Source: Candidatus Binatia bacterium (GTDB lineage: Bacteria > Desulfobacterota > Binatia > HRBIN30). From it: a stretch of DNA of 64,000 nucleotides. Positions 50,419-61,032 of the stretch are shown here, piece by piece. Position 1 is the stretch's first letter. Every line of letters starts with the position of its first letter. The position numbers were made by a program, and so were the translations under genes. A model generated the notes under the pieces. It did no database searches. It worked only from the letters and a program-made list of their open reading frames with translations, and was not told where the DNA came from. The DNA lies in NCBI GenBank assembly GCA_937925685.1, contig CALAMI010000017.1:1106-65105 (forward strand). The letters run 5' to 3'.

Positions 50419-53400
50419 TTATTTGTCCAGCTCCTCCAGCCTTACCTCGAGCCGCTTCTTGAGTTCCTCGGCCTTTCGCTCCGCCTGGAGCGCGTTCAAC
50501 GAAGCGCCAGATTTTCCCGCGGATTCAACGGCGCGGAGTTGTCGTGTTCGTTGCTCCCAATAAGCAATGTTGTGGCGCATGCGGCTTTCCACCTCCCTGC
50601 GCACTTTGTCGGTGTGCTTCCGTCGTACAGCGACAACCTCTTCGCGGTGGCGGCTTGCGATGTGGGTGGCAGCGTAACGCAAGGCCAACCGCTCCAGCTC
50701 ACCCGGTAACCAATGGCTCTCGCTCGAGGCTCCCCTCGAATACGCTTCTGCAGGGGTTCGCGAGAGCAGCCGAGCACATTCCGGCGCAGCAAGCACTTGT
50801 GCAGCGGAGGCTTCATCCGGCCGCAGCGGTCAGTAATTTAGGTGTGGAGCGCGCCCGCCATTACGCGCAACCCCCGAAGAGTCGACTTCCACAAAGATAA
50901 ATCGCTGCGACACGACCCGCGCTGCGCCGCATGATGTCCGGGTTCCATCCACCACGCAGTGGCGGAAACCAAACGCCATCCGTGGTTCTACGCCTTGGTC
51001 CCGCTCGTCGACGACGATGCATCCTTGCTTCAACAGCTCCCCATCGCGCTCCAAGGTCAGCTCAACCACCCCGCGCAACAGCGGATGACCCGGATGGATC
51101 AGTTCCACTTCTTTCGCCTGCGAGCTTGGTGCTACGCTCTGACGAAACGTCACTCGGGGGTACGTTCGACGGACCGGCCCACCTCGGACGGCCGAGCCGC
51201 CACGATTACAGACGGGCGGAGGAACGGAAGTCAGAGCGTAAATACCTTCTTCGAGATGGGCAGACGTTCCACCAAGGCATTCGAATGCCTCGAGGAAAAA
51301 ACTCTGCGTTGCGTGTGGATACAACCGGATTGCGTTGGCTCGTTGGGCGTCGGCACTCGGCCGACGAACTGTCTCCATGCTGATGATTTCGCCAACGCTT
51401 TGTCATCCACCAGTTTACGGATTTCCGAGAGCTGCAGCGCATCGGACACCAGCTGATCGCATCGGGCACCGGCAATAGCTTCGTCAGCCTCCCGCAACGC
51501 CTGCAGGAGCACTCGAGCCAGGGGCTGACCGTGGAACTGCAACTTCCCCAAAACGTCGAACACCTTGCCTCCCAGGCTGCGTCGGATCTCGTCCAATTTC
51601 GTCAGCAAACGAGATAAACCCTACCCTCACGGGCTTGCTCCGCCACCAGGTTCCGCAAGGAGCATGGCTTCGTTTGGCCAATCCGGTGCACACGGTCAAA
51701 ACGCTGCTCGATGCGATTAGGATTGGACGGTAAGTCATGATTGACCACCAAATGCGCACATTGCAGGTTGATCCCCTCACCTGCGGCATCGGTCCCCCCC
51801 CAAAAATTTGCACCTCCGGACGACTGGCAAAACGCTCTTGCGTGGCGAGGCGTTTTTCCCGCGCGAGTCCCCCGTGAATAAAAGCCACTCGCTCTGGCCA
51901 ATGTTCCCCGATGCGCCGAACGAAGTACTGCAACGTATCGCGAAATTCCGTAAAGACAATGAGTTTCGGCGGCAGCGGACTGGCAAACTCCCGTGCAAGG
52001 TCATCGAAAAAGCCTACATCCTCACGGTTCCGCTCTATCTTCGCGCTAGGATCGAGGAGCACCCCCAACACTTGCCTCAGTTCCACCCACTTCCGATCCT
52101 CGCCCTTTCGCCGCAGTTCTTCCGCCAGGCCTTCCAGGCGACGCAAAGTGGCGATCTCTGCTTCCAGCTTTAGCCAGGCTGCTTGCGGCCGTGGCCTGAT
52201 CCAGCACCATGTTTTGAACTTCGTCCTCTGCGCCTTCTTCCAAGTCGTCAAGCTCCTCCCCATCGAGGCTCTGGACGAACCTCCCCTGGTCGACCCGACC
52301 CTTCCCAGCGAGCTGTTCGAGCTCGAAGGCTTGTGCCTCCAGACGCTGGCGGCGCCGTCGCAGCGAGCGGTAAATTGCTTCGGGCGAAGAGGCTAAGCGA
52401 CGCTGTAAGGTCATCAACGCAAAGCTCACCGTGCCCGCCCGTGGCTCATCTTCCAGCGCGTCGACTCGCTGAAACTCGCCCCGCACATGCTCCGTCACTT
52501 CTGCGTCAAGCTCTTCTGCGGCGGGGGAGAGAACATGGGTGCGCGTGTATGCGCGCCGCTGCCGGGAAAGAGGTGTCCCGTCGAATCTTATGAGCTCCTC
52601 TTGGACAACCCGCCGCATGACGTCCGACAGGTCCACGCGGCGATCACGCCCTGAGGGGTTTTGACCAAAACGCTCCTCATCGAGAGGTTGGAGGAAAAGT
52701 TGAAACTCGGACTGGCTTTCCTTTGTGAGGCGTCGCCGTGAGCCGCAGCAGGTTTTTGTGTACGGGCTGATAAAACGCGGCCCAGTTCGTAGCGCCGGGT
52801 GTACTTAATTTCGTTGCCGGCATAGGTTGCCACCATTTTGTGCGCCTCGTCGACGACCACCAAGTCCCAACGGTACTCTGGGTCTTCCAACAGGCTCCGC
52901 AGCCTGGGGGTCGCGAGCGCATTTATCCATCCGGGCAATCACCAAGGAATGCTCGCGAAACCAATTGCCGCTCGGGGCCGAGGCGAGCTTCTCCTTGGTG
53001 GCGATTTCGAACGCAAGCTCAAAACGGTCGTGCAATTCCGCTTGCCACTGTTCTACCAAGATACCGGGGCACACGATGAAACATCGCTCGAGTTCGCTCC
53101 GCAGAAGCATCTCTTTGATCAAAAGGCCTGCGGTCACGGTTTTACCTGCACCAGGGTCATCGGCCAGGAGAAAACGCAGAGGCTGCCGGGGGAGCATGTG
53201 CTCGTAGACCGCGATCATCTGATGGGGCAATGGTTCGACACGCGAGCTGTGTAACCCCAGAGTCGTATCGAACAGATGTGTCCCGTGGATACGCAACGCC
53301 TTGGCCACTAGGCGATACTTCTTTCCGGGGGCAGAGAATTCTTAGCCGGGGTCCCAGGCGATGATTTGCAACCGGGCTTCATCGGCACGATAGAGCCGCC

Positions 53401-53546
53401 ACTTCGGCGGTACGTCCCGAGGCCGCGCGGTAGTTCGTCAGCACCACGTCCGCAAGGGGTCGCTCGAGAGCAACGACCTCGACAGTGTCGCCCGGGACAA
53501 TCCCCTTCACCCACTGGCCTACTTGCAGCTCTTCCAACCGTGCCAT
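50419..53546 (-). pseudogene. SNF2-family (DExH) helicase, ~1000-aa equivalent, fragmented
   Basis: Motif I LLADDPGAGKT (52805-53308). Motif [13 protein letters not shown] (52588-52938). Helicase_C KLIVFTEF...FIHGG (51484-52263). Motif VI region [10 protein letters not shown]...[23 protein letters not shown] (51602-51901). C-terminal extension fragments 50419-51608. Each is a separate overlapping ORF, with ≥6 frame changes plus a stop near 53330-53380. Confidence 0.55.
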
Positions 53547-53987
53547 CGATGCTTTGCTCTGCCTCTTCTCCAGCAGGGCTGCCTGACATCCCCAGCGGCC
53601 GCGGCAGACAACCTTACCCGACGCACCTGCGCGGCTGAGCTTCCTTCGTGCCGACGCAACCCTGCCCCCTGTTGTTCTACACCGCGAAAGTTCCACAAGC
53701 TGCCAACGACCTCGCAGCCCAGTTCATGTTCAAACGGGATCCGAGTGGTGAGAGTGCCATACCCGGTTTTTCCCCGCTGCCTACCGAAGCAGAGGAAGGG
53801 CGCCGCCGCGGTCGCGAAATGCCTGCATGCGCGCAGAGCTGTGGAGTGCGCTCGCCAGACCACCACATCCTCCCCCGCTGGAAAGGGCTGAGGCCCGTCG
53901 AACACCGAGGCCACGTGGGTGCAACTTTCGCGGAAGCATGACTTCTGCGCTCCAAAGACGACGGCGGCTGTCGGCGAGGCACCCGGG

Positions 53988-55310
53988 TTAGCTCTTGTGT
54001 TTCTTCAAATACTCCAAGTCCCGCGCCTGTTCGGTCTTCAACGACACCAGCACAAAGCATCGATCCTTGGTACGCTTAAAGTAAAACCTGCCGTCATCGC
54101 TCCGACCCGTGGAGAATCGAATCTCGCTCCATTCCGGAGCGCTTTGCACCCGTTTGGCACGAAGTTGCTCGGGCGCCCGAGCCAGCAAACTCAGCTTTTT
54201 CAGGGCGTCGTCGTAACTCTGTAGCTCCACCGTAAGGACATCGACCGAATCGCGCACCAGGGTGAGGCTCGGCGCAAAGAGTTCCAAAAACCTGGGCAAC
54301 TCCGCACGCTGGGCACGACGAAGCTCGCACTCTTTGCGTCGGCTTTCCGTCTTCAACGTCTGGGTCTCTTCTCGGGCACGGCGGAGTTCTACCCCCAGGT
54401 TGTCGATTGCCTGACGAAGTCGCTGATTTTCCTCCTTGAGGCTCAAATTTTCTGCCTCGAAAGTTTCCACCCATTCTTTCACTTTTTCTTCAGCCTGCTG
54501 TTGCTCAGGCACGAGGCCAAAGTGTCGGCAAAAGAAATCGTGAATCTCGCGCTCGCCGACCTCGCCATCGAGGACCACGTACCACCGGTACTGGCGGCCA
54601 TCGATGGCGGGGCGCGAACTCAACGCGTATCGCAAGCACGGATATCCGCGCATCTCGAGCTGGGCCATCACCTCGTGCAGCGTGACTTCGTCGCAGTCGA
54701 GGGAAAGGTAACGCGTACCTGCCTGCGCGATCTCGAAACAATACGACAAGCGTGGCGTGCCTCCCTGCATGCCGGCCACCACGGATCTCGGCAAGTACAA
54801 TCCGACTTTCAAACCTAAGAGCGTCCCCTGCACGTCGCTCGCAAGCTCCGTGATCACCGCTGGCATAGGATTATGCCCGCCGTCCATGTACGGGGCCAGC
54901 GCCGCAGCCAAGTAGCGACTGACATGCCCGAGCTTGACACCATGCTCATTCTTCACCGCAATGGCGTTGACGTCATACGAATTCCACGGCTCGCGCCATA
55001 GCCATACCCGTTCGCGCAAGGCGACAGACCGTACCAATTCGGTGCGCGGCTCGTACTGGATGCCCACCACCGATACGGTGACCGGTTCATGGCCCGGGGG
55101 GGCAGAAAAATTCCAAACCCGCAAGCCTTGCCGGGAAAACAAGCGCACCATCGACGTGAGACTTCGATACAAGCGCGCAACCAACGTTTTTGCGTCTGCA
55201 CGCCCACCGAGAGGCGGTGCCGCCGCCACGCCTTGCCCGCTCTTCGTCTCGGGAGCGTTCTGCGCCGGCAGAGGCACTAGCGGCGAAGTCGACTGCACGT
55301 TGCCAGGCAT
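53988..55310 (-). CDS. Stand-alone HIRAN-domain protein with central unknown domain and C-terminal coiled coil
   Basis: HIRAN signature VSVVGIQYEPR...RERVWLWREPWNSYDVNAIAV..GVKLGHVSR..AAALAPYMDGG. Residues ~300-380 form a heptad-rich coiled coil (EENQRLRQAIDNLGVELRRAREE). Intact 440-aa ORF. Confidence 0.6.
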   Translation of the reverse strand: MPGNVQSTSPLVPLPAQNAPETKSGQGVAAAPPLGGRADAKTLVARLYRSLTSMVRLFSRQGLRVWNFSAPPGHEPVTVSVVGIQYEPRTELVRSVALRERVWLWREPWNSYDVNAIAVKNEHGVKLGHVSRYLAAALAPYMDGGHNPMPAVITELASDVQGTLLGLKVGLYLPRSVVAGMQGGTPRLSYCFEIAQAGTRYLSLDCDEVTLHEVMAQLEMRGYPCLRYALSSRPAIDGRQYRWYVVLDGEVGEREIHDFFCRHFGLVPEQQQAEEKVKEWVETFEAENLSLKEENQRLRQAIDNLGVELRRAREETQTLKTESRRKECELRRAQRAELPRFLELFAPSLTLVRDSVDVLTVELQSYDDALKKLSLLARAPEQLRAKRVQSAPEWSEIRFSTGRSDDGRFYFKRTKDRCFVLVSLKTEQARDLEYLKKHKS

Positions 55311-55721
55311 GGACCTGATCCCTCAAGCGCCGCTTATCCCCCCTTGGAACGAGAGGTCAAGGCCGCAGTTAGCATCAGGCGCTTCCTTGTTTCCCGCCAT
55401 TCTCACGCGCAAACCCCTGCGGCGGTGGAGGTCCTCGGTCGGCCGTGGAACGCGGCATCCCTATCACCGCAACGCAGCCCTCGCAGAGAGTTCTACCTGG
55501 AACACGCTGGGTACGGGCCCGTGGAACTGTGGTTTAGGCGGAAGCAAGGCTTCCGTGCTCCAGAGGAGGCGGGTGCAGCGTGCACAGGAGCAGGGGTTTG
55601 CAGGGAGGCGAGTTCCGCACTTTGGGGATGGCCCGGGTGGTGTAGGGGGCCGTGCTGCCAAGGCGTAACGCTCTGGCATAAGGCGCCAGCGGTCCTGTAT
55701 GGTGAAGTGCAGTCGAGGGTC

Positions 55722-58700
55722 ATGAGGGTCGCCATTGTCACGTTTTTGTTCTTGGCTTCCGGCTTCACTGGTCTGGTCTACGAGGTCATTTGGTCCCGTT
55801 ACCTCGCCTTGCTGTTGGGCAGCACGGCTCACGCCCAAGTAGGTGTCCTCGCTGTGTTCATGGCCGGGCTTGCCTTGGGTAGCGCCTGGTGGGGCGCTGC
55901 CGCCGATCGCACGCAACGCCCTTTACGCCTGTACGGCTTGTTGGAAATCGCCATTGGCGTGGGTACCGCTACTTTTGCCCTGGGGTTTACCCTGTGGAGC
56001 GAAGCCTACTGGTCGCTCCTGGCCTTAGTACCGCCACCCCACCCCGGAGCAAAGCTGGTTCAGGCCGGAGTGTGCATTGTATCCATGGCGCTTCCCACCG
56101 TTTGCATGGGGGGTACTTTGCCGGTACTTGCCCGCGCCCTCGGGCTCACCCGTGAAGGTTTTGGTCGCGGCGTAGCTTGGCTCTATGCCATCAATAGTCT
56201 CGGAGCGGCGGCAGGGGCTGCGGCCGCTGGCTTTTTGCTCTTGCCGCGCTGGGGGCTCGATACCCCGTTTCTCGCTGCGGCCGGGGTGAACCTGCTCGTT
56301 GGGCTGGTCGCCCTTCTGCTCGACCAACCCATGGCAATCGAAAGCCACCATGCCCTGGCCCCTGCACCTTCCACTGCGCCGGCACAAGACGCAGAGGCTA
56401 CTTGGATTTGGGGCTACCGCTGGCTCGTTCCATTGGCCGCCGCAGTGTCCGGCGCGGTGGCCATGGCCTACGAGGTCGTATGGATTCGCTTGTGCAGCTT
56501 AGTGCTGGGCTCCTCTACGTATGCGTTTTCCATCATGCTAACAGCCTTCATCCTCGGCATTGCCGCCGGTGGGCTGGTTTACACGCTTTGGGCACCAGCA
56601 TGCCGGCGGCCGCTGCAATTTTATCTGCTTGCTACCGTTGGAAGCGTGGCCGTGTTACTGGCCTGCATGCCCTTTTACGAGCGGCTGCCCTACCTGGCCA
56701 GCCGGCTGTTGTGGGTGGCTCGGCAGAGTGGCTGGACGTTTCTCGAGTACCAGCTAGCCAATCTCGCATTTTGGATTGCCGTAATGTTTCCCCTGACCTT
56801 CACCAGCGGCCTCACTTTCCCGGCGCTGGCTCACGCTGCCGCCCAGATCATGCCTGGACGGGGACGTCCCGTAGGCGCGGTGCTAGCTGCCAACACCCTC
56901 GGGACGATCATGGGCACAGTAGCTGCCGGTCTGTTCTTGCTGCCCTGGCTTGCCCTGCGCGGCACCTTTCTGCTGGCAGCGGCAACCACCGTAGCCGTGG
57001 CCAGCGCGCTGGTGCTCGCCGATCGCCGCCGCAGCGCACGACAGCGGCTTTCCCTGCTGTTGCCCCCGCTTGCGCTGTTCTTCGTCTACATCCTGCTCGC
57101 ACCGCGATGGGACTTGCGCCTCCTCGTCGCCGGAGAATTCCGCCGCCACGAGGGCATTGCACCGGAAGTATCCTTCGCCGATTACAAGGCGGACTTCGGC
57201 CAAGAGCTGCTTTACTACCGCGACGGAGCTACGGCCACCGTCAGCGTCGAGCGTACCGATGAGGATGTAATCCTACGGGTTAACGGCAAGTCGGACGCTT
57301 CGGCGCTGGGCGATCGGGAAACGCAACTGCTCATGGGACATTTGGGCCCCATGATTCTCGGCCGGACGCAGAGGGTACTCATTATTGGCTACGGCAGTGG
57401 CATGACTCTCGGAGCTGTGGCGCGCCATCCCGTCGGGGCCATTGACGTGGTGGAAATTGCCCCCGAAGTGATCGAGGCGGCAGAGTTTTTTCTTCCTTGG
57501 GTGAACGATACCAAGGGCGACGAGCGTGTGCGACTGTATGTCGAAGACGCGCGCACGTTTTTGTTTCGTACGCCGCACCGCTACGACCTGATCCTCAGCG
57601 AACCATCCAACCCGTGGGTAGCTGGGGTGAGCAACCTGTTCACCCGGGAATTCTTCACCCAAGCACGGCAGCGCCTGACGCCGCGGGGCATGCTGGTTCA
57701 GTGGTTTCACACTTACGAAACCAGCGACGAGGTCGTACGCCTCATCCTCCGCACGGCGGTCGAGCAGTTTCCCGATGTCCGCTTGTTTCAAAGCAACCAT
57801 GCCGATTTCTTCCTCGTTGCTTCGATGCAGCCGCGCGTGCTCGATACCGAGGCTGCGCGCGAAGCATTTACCTACGCCATCGACTTTGCCGGCCTCGGCC
57901 TTACGGAATGGCAGGCGCTGTTCGCGCTCGAGGTAGCGGGCCGCGACGATCTTCACTTCCTCGCTGGACCTGGGCCGATCCATACCGATCGCCGACCGCT
58001 GCTCGACTTCCTCGCAGCCGAGGCCTTTTACGCTGGCTCGCAAGCCTCGCTCATTCAGCAGGCTCGCTTCCGCGAAGACGACAGGCTCCTACCTGCGCAG
58101 CGCATTCCGGTTACCGCGCTGCGCCAGTGGGGGCAGTACCAGCAGCGCTACCACATGCTGTCCCAGCGCAGCAATTCGCACTTGCTCGTTTCTTGGCTCG
58201 CACAGGACCCCTCCGACCCGCTGCTGCACCAGCTGGCAGCGGAATTTCTACGGGCGCATCCGCGCGACCTTTCCCTGATGCAACAGTTCACCGCTGTAGT
58301 CGCTCAGGATGAGCAAAGCCGCGCATCGAGACTGCGCGGGCTTTTCGCCATGTTGCGCCTCGGACCCCAACCGGTGAACGACCGCTTCCTCGCTATGCTC
58401 CGCCCCCTGGTGCTCGATGCTCATAGCTCGCCCCGCGACATCGAATTGGAACTGCAGTTCGCCGAACTCCACTTGGCCGCGCAGGCTTTTTCCGAGACTC
58501 TAGAGATTTTGGATCTCAGCGAAGGGCTGCAGGTGATGGCCAGCTCGGAAGAGATCTCTCGCCGCGGGTGCATTCGCGCTCAGGCCCTTGAAGGGTTGCA
58601 GCGCTGGGCAGAAGCACTGGTGACCTTGGAACGTTGCACGCCTACGGGCGTAACGGAACGCCAGCAAGTGGAAGCACGGCGGCGCGTTCTTCAACAGCGG

Positions 58701-58736
58701 GCGGCAGCGACCGCAAACGAGCCACGGCACCCGTGA
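55722..58736 (+). CDS. Membrane-anchored spermidine-synthase-like (PABS fold) fusion protein
   Basis: ATG 55722. N-terminal ~480 aa with ≥12 TM helices. Central aminopropyltransferase-like Rossmann domain (VLIIGYGSGMTLG...DLILSEPSNPW). ~300-aa helical C-terminal region. Confidence 0.65.
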   Translation: MRVAIVTFLFLASGFTGLVYEVIWSRYLALLLGSTAHAQVGVLAVFMAGLALGSAWWGAAADRTQRPLRLYGLLEIAIGVGTATFALGFTLWSEAYWSLLALVPPPHPGAKLVQAGVCIVSMALPTVCMGGTLPVLARALGLTREGFGRGVAWLYAINSLGAAAGAAAAGFLLLPRWGLDTPFLAAAGVNLLVGLVALLLDQPMAIESHHALAPAPSTAPAQDAEATWIWGYRWLVPLAAAVSGAVAMAYEVVWIRLCSLVLGSSTYAFSIMLTAFILGIAAGGLVYTLWAPACRRPLQFYLLATVGSVAVLLACMPFYERLPYLASRLLWVARQSGWTFLEYQLANLAFWIAVMFPLTFTSGLTFPALAHAAAQIMPGRGRPVGAVLAANTLGTIMGTVAAGLFLLPWLALRGTFLLAAATTVAVASALVLADRRRSARQRLSLLLPPLALFFVYILLAPRWDLRLLVAGEFRRHEGIAPEVSFADYKADFGQELLYYRDGATATVSVERTDEDVILRVNGKSDASALGDRETQLLMGHLGPMILGRTQRVLIIGYGSGMTLGAVARHPVGAIDVVEIAPEVIEAAEFFLPWVNDTKGDERVRLYVEDARTFLFRTPHRYDLILSEPSNPWVAGVSNLFTREFFTQARQRLTPRGMLVQWFHTYETSDEVVRLILRTAVEQFPDVRLFQSNHADFFLVASMQPRVLDTEAAREAFTYAIDFAGLGLTEWQALFALEVAGRDDLHFLAGPGPIHTDRRPLLDFLAAEAFYAGSQASLIQQARFREDDRLLPAQRIPVTALRQWGQYQQRYHMLSQRSNSHLLVSWLAQDPSDPLLHQLAAEFLRAHPRDLSLMQQFTAVVAQDEQSRASRLRGLFAMLRLGPQPVNDRFLAMLRPLVLDAHSSPRDIELELQFAELHLAAQAFSETLEILDLSEGLQVMASSEEISRRGCIRAQALEGLQRWAEALVTLERCTPTGVTERQQVEARRRVLQQRAAATANEPRHP

Positions 58737-58838
58737 TCGCCGTTGGGAGCCCCATCTCGGTGCCATAGCGGTCAGGCCCCCCATCGCCCATGAGCAGCGC
58801 CAAAGATGGCGGCCAACCGCTGCAACCGCGGGAACGTT

Positions 58839-59825
58839 CTAAGGCCCAAGGGCCCCATCTTTCTCGAGTAAAGGGATCACCTCACGCCCGAAACGATCGA
58901 TTTGCTCCAGCAACTCGGTGCATGACCGGCTGCGAAAGCGCACGCCGACGTGTTGAACGCCTAAGGAGCCAATGTCCCGCAACACTTGAGCGATGCGCTC
59001 CGGCGACCCGCTCGTGCAGTTCCCGGCGAAATCTTCGGGTGGGCGACCAACGTACAGCCAAGGCGAGTTCATGCCCACCTCGAGGGGCTCGCCAGGGCGA
59101 TAGCGTTCCCGCTCGCGACGTAAGTAATCCAACGCCGCTTTCATGCCCATCGGCGGCACGCCCTGTGGCAGCCAGCCATCGCCAAGCCGTGCGGCGCGCC
59201 GCAGCGCCACTTCACTCGATCCCCCGATCCAAATAGGCGGGCGCGGCTGCTGCAGCGGCCGCGGACGAATGCCGAGATCGGCAAAGCGCCAAAAGGAACC
59301 TTCGTGGTACGGAAATTCCTCTGCCAGGGCTGCTTGCAAGGCGCCAATGGCCTCCTCGAGCAATGCCCCTCGCTTTCGGAAGTCCACCCCGAGGGCAGCG
59401 AACTCGCCCCGTAAGTGCCCCGCACCGACGCCCACGATCAATCGGCCATTCGACAACGCATCGAGGGTACAAATCGCCTTGGCCGCCGCGAGTGGATGGC
59501 GGTATGCAGGAATCAATACGTAGGTCAGCAAACGAACTCGCTCAGTGCAGGCAGCTAAAAAGCCCAAGGTTGCCACCAGGTCGTACCAGACTGTCGACAT
59601 GGAAGCCGCTTGCGCCCGCGGGATAGCAATGTGATCGCACACCCCGAGGTAAAAAAATCCCGCACGATCGCACGCCTCGGCAATACGGCGAATCTCGGGT
59701 GTTCCCGCCTTGGCCTCCCAGGGCTGGGCGAACACGCCGCTTTGTGCCACCACCGGCAGTTGCATGCCGCAAGCCAGTTGCCTTGCGGGACAAACCTGCA
59801 CTGCTGGCCTCGAACTGGTGCTCAC
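58839..59825 (-). CDS. LLM-class (luciferase-like) flavin/F420-dependent oxidoreductase
   Basis: TIM-barrel LLM motifs (RLIVGVGAGH, PPIWIGGSS). Start may be the internal ATG at 59765. Confidence 0.65.
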   Translation of the reverse strand: MSTSSRPAVQVCPARQLACGMQLPVVAQSGVFAQPWEAKAGTPEIRRIAEACDRAGFFYLGVCDHIAIPRAQAASMSTVWYDLVATLGFLAACTERVRLLTYVLIPAYRHPLAAAKAICTLDALSNGRLIVGVGAGHLRGEFAALGVDFRKRGALLEEAIGALQAALAEEFPYHEGSFWRFADLGIRPRPLQQPRPPIWIGGSSEVALRRAARLGDGWLPQGVPPMGMKAALDYLRRERERYRPGEPLEVGMNSPWLYVGRPPEDFAGNCTSGSPERIAQVLRDIGSLGVQHVGVRFRSRSCTELLEQIDRFGREVIPLLEKDGALGP

Positions 59826-59834
59826 CGGCCACCC

Positions 59835-60998
59835 TCAGCTGCGAACCACGGTTCTCGAATCGGTCGAGGGCTGTTGTCCCAGGGAGGCCAAGCGATAGCG
59901 GGTCGTGCTGTGCAACGGGTCGGTGTCGAACCGGGGGATGACGTATTTCCCAAACAGCTCCACGGAACGCTTCGCCACCCATTGCGGTTGGGTGGAGGCC
60001 AAGAGGCCGAAAATGATTTGGTCGCAACCAACGTCCACGTATTTTTGCACCGCTCGTGCACACTCTTCCGGATCGCCCACGATGCGCTGCCCCGAGCGAA
60101 TGCGCTCTTCGAGTTGCTCCATGGTGGGCTCAGGGATCACTTCTGGCCAGCGGGGCATGTTGGCCGGACGCGGAAAGGTGTCGAGGTAGCGGAATACCAA
60201 GCTCACATGGTACATGTTCCCCATGTTGCAAGCGATGCGCCGCGCCTCCTGGCCATCCTCGGAGCAAACCAGCTGCGTCACGCACGCCACGTTATCGTTG
60301 ACATAATCACCGATCGGCTCAGCGTGGCAGATAGTTTTTTTGTAGACGCGAATCAGAGGTTCGAAGTCTCGTGGTGAGCCCAGGCTGAAACACAGCGCCC
60401 CTACACCCAGGCGGGCTGCCTTCTCGAAGGTCGCGGGATTGCCGCACGCCATCCACAACGGCGGGTGAGGTTTGCTGTAAGGTTTTGGCAGCACGTTGCG
60501 CTCGGGCATCGAGAAGTACTTTCCAGAAAAACTGTAACGCGTCTCCTTCCACATCCGCAAAATCTGCGGAAACGCTTCGTCGAACATCTCGCGGGTCGTC
60601 TCGCTATCCGGGATACCGAAGCCTTTGAATTCCGTACTCGAAGATCCTCGGCCGGTACCGAACTCGAACCGCCCTTCGCTCAGGTGATCGAGGATCGCCA
60701 CGCGCTCGGCGATGCGCGCGGGGTGATTCACCGGCGGGGTAATGTTGAAAATGGCCGAGCCCACGTGAATGCGCTCGGTACGCGCGGCAATGTAAGGAAG
60801 AAACACCTCGGAAGCGCTGATATGGGAATACTCCTCCAAGAAATGATGTTCCACGGACCAAACATACTTGAATCCGTGGCGGTCGCAGTGAATGGCCAAG
60901 TCAAGTTCTCGCATGAGTCGTTCGTGCTCCGCACCTCCAGGGTTGGCTTCCATCTCATGACGCGGAACGTGAGCTTGAACGAACAAGCCAAATTCCAT
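59835..60998 (-). CDS. LLM-class flavin-dependent monooxygenase/oxidoreductase
   Basis: ATG 60998 with AGGAGG 6 nt upstream. MEFGLFVQAH..., VWSVEHHF, GRFEFGTGRGSS motifs of the luciferase-like family. Confidence 0.7.
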   Translation of the reverse strand: MEFGLFVQAHVPRHEMEANPGGAEHERLMRELDLAIHCDRHGFKYVWSVEHHFLEEYSHISASEVFLPYIAARTERIHVGSAIFNITPPVNHPARIAERVAILDHLSEGRFEFGTGRGSSSTEFKGFGIPDSETTREMFDEAFPQILRMWKETRYSFSGKYFSMPERNVLPKPYSKPHPPLWMACGNPATFEKAARLGVGALCFSLGSPRDFEPLIRVYKKTICHAEPIGDYVNDNVACVTQLVCSEDGQEARRIACNMGNMYHVSLVFRYLDTFPRPANMPRWPEVIPEPTMEQLEERIRSGQRIVGDPEECARAVQKYVDVGCDQIIFGLLASTQPQWVAKRSVELFGKYVIPRFDTDPLHSTTRYRLASLGQQPSTDSRTVVRS

Positions 60999-61032
60999 CC
61001 CTGACCTCCTTTCACCTCCTCCTGTCTTGAAT

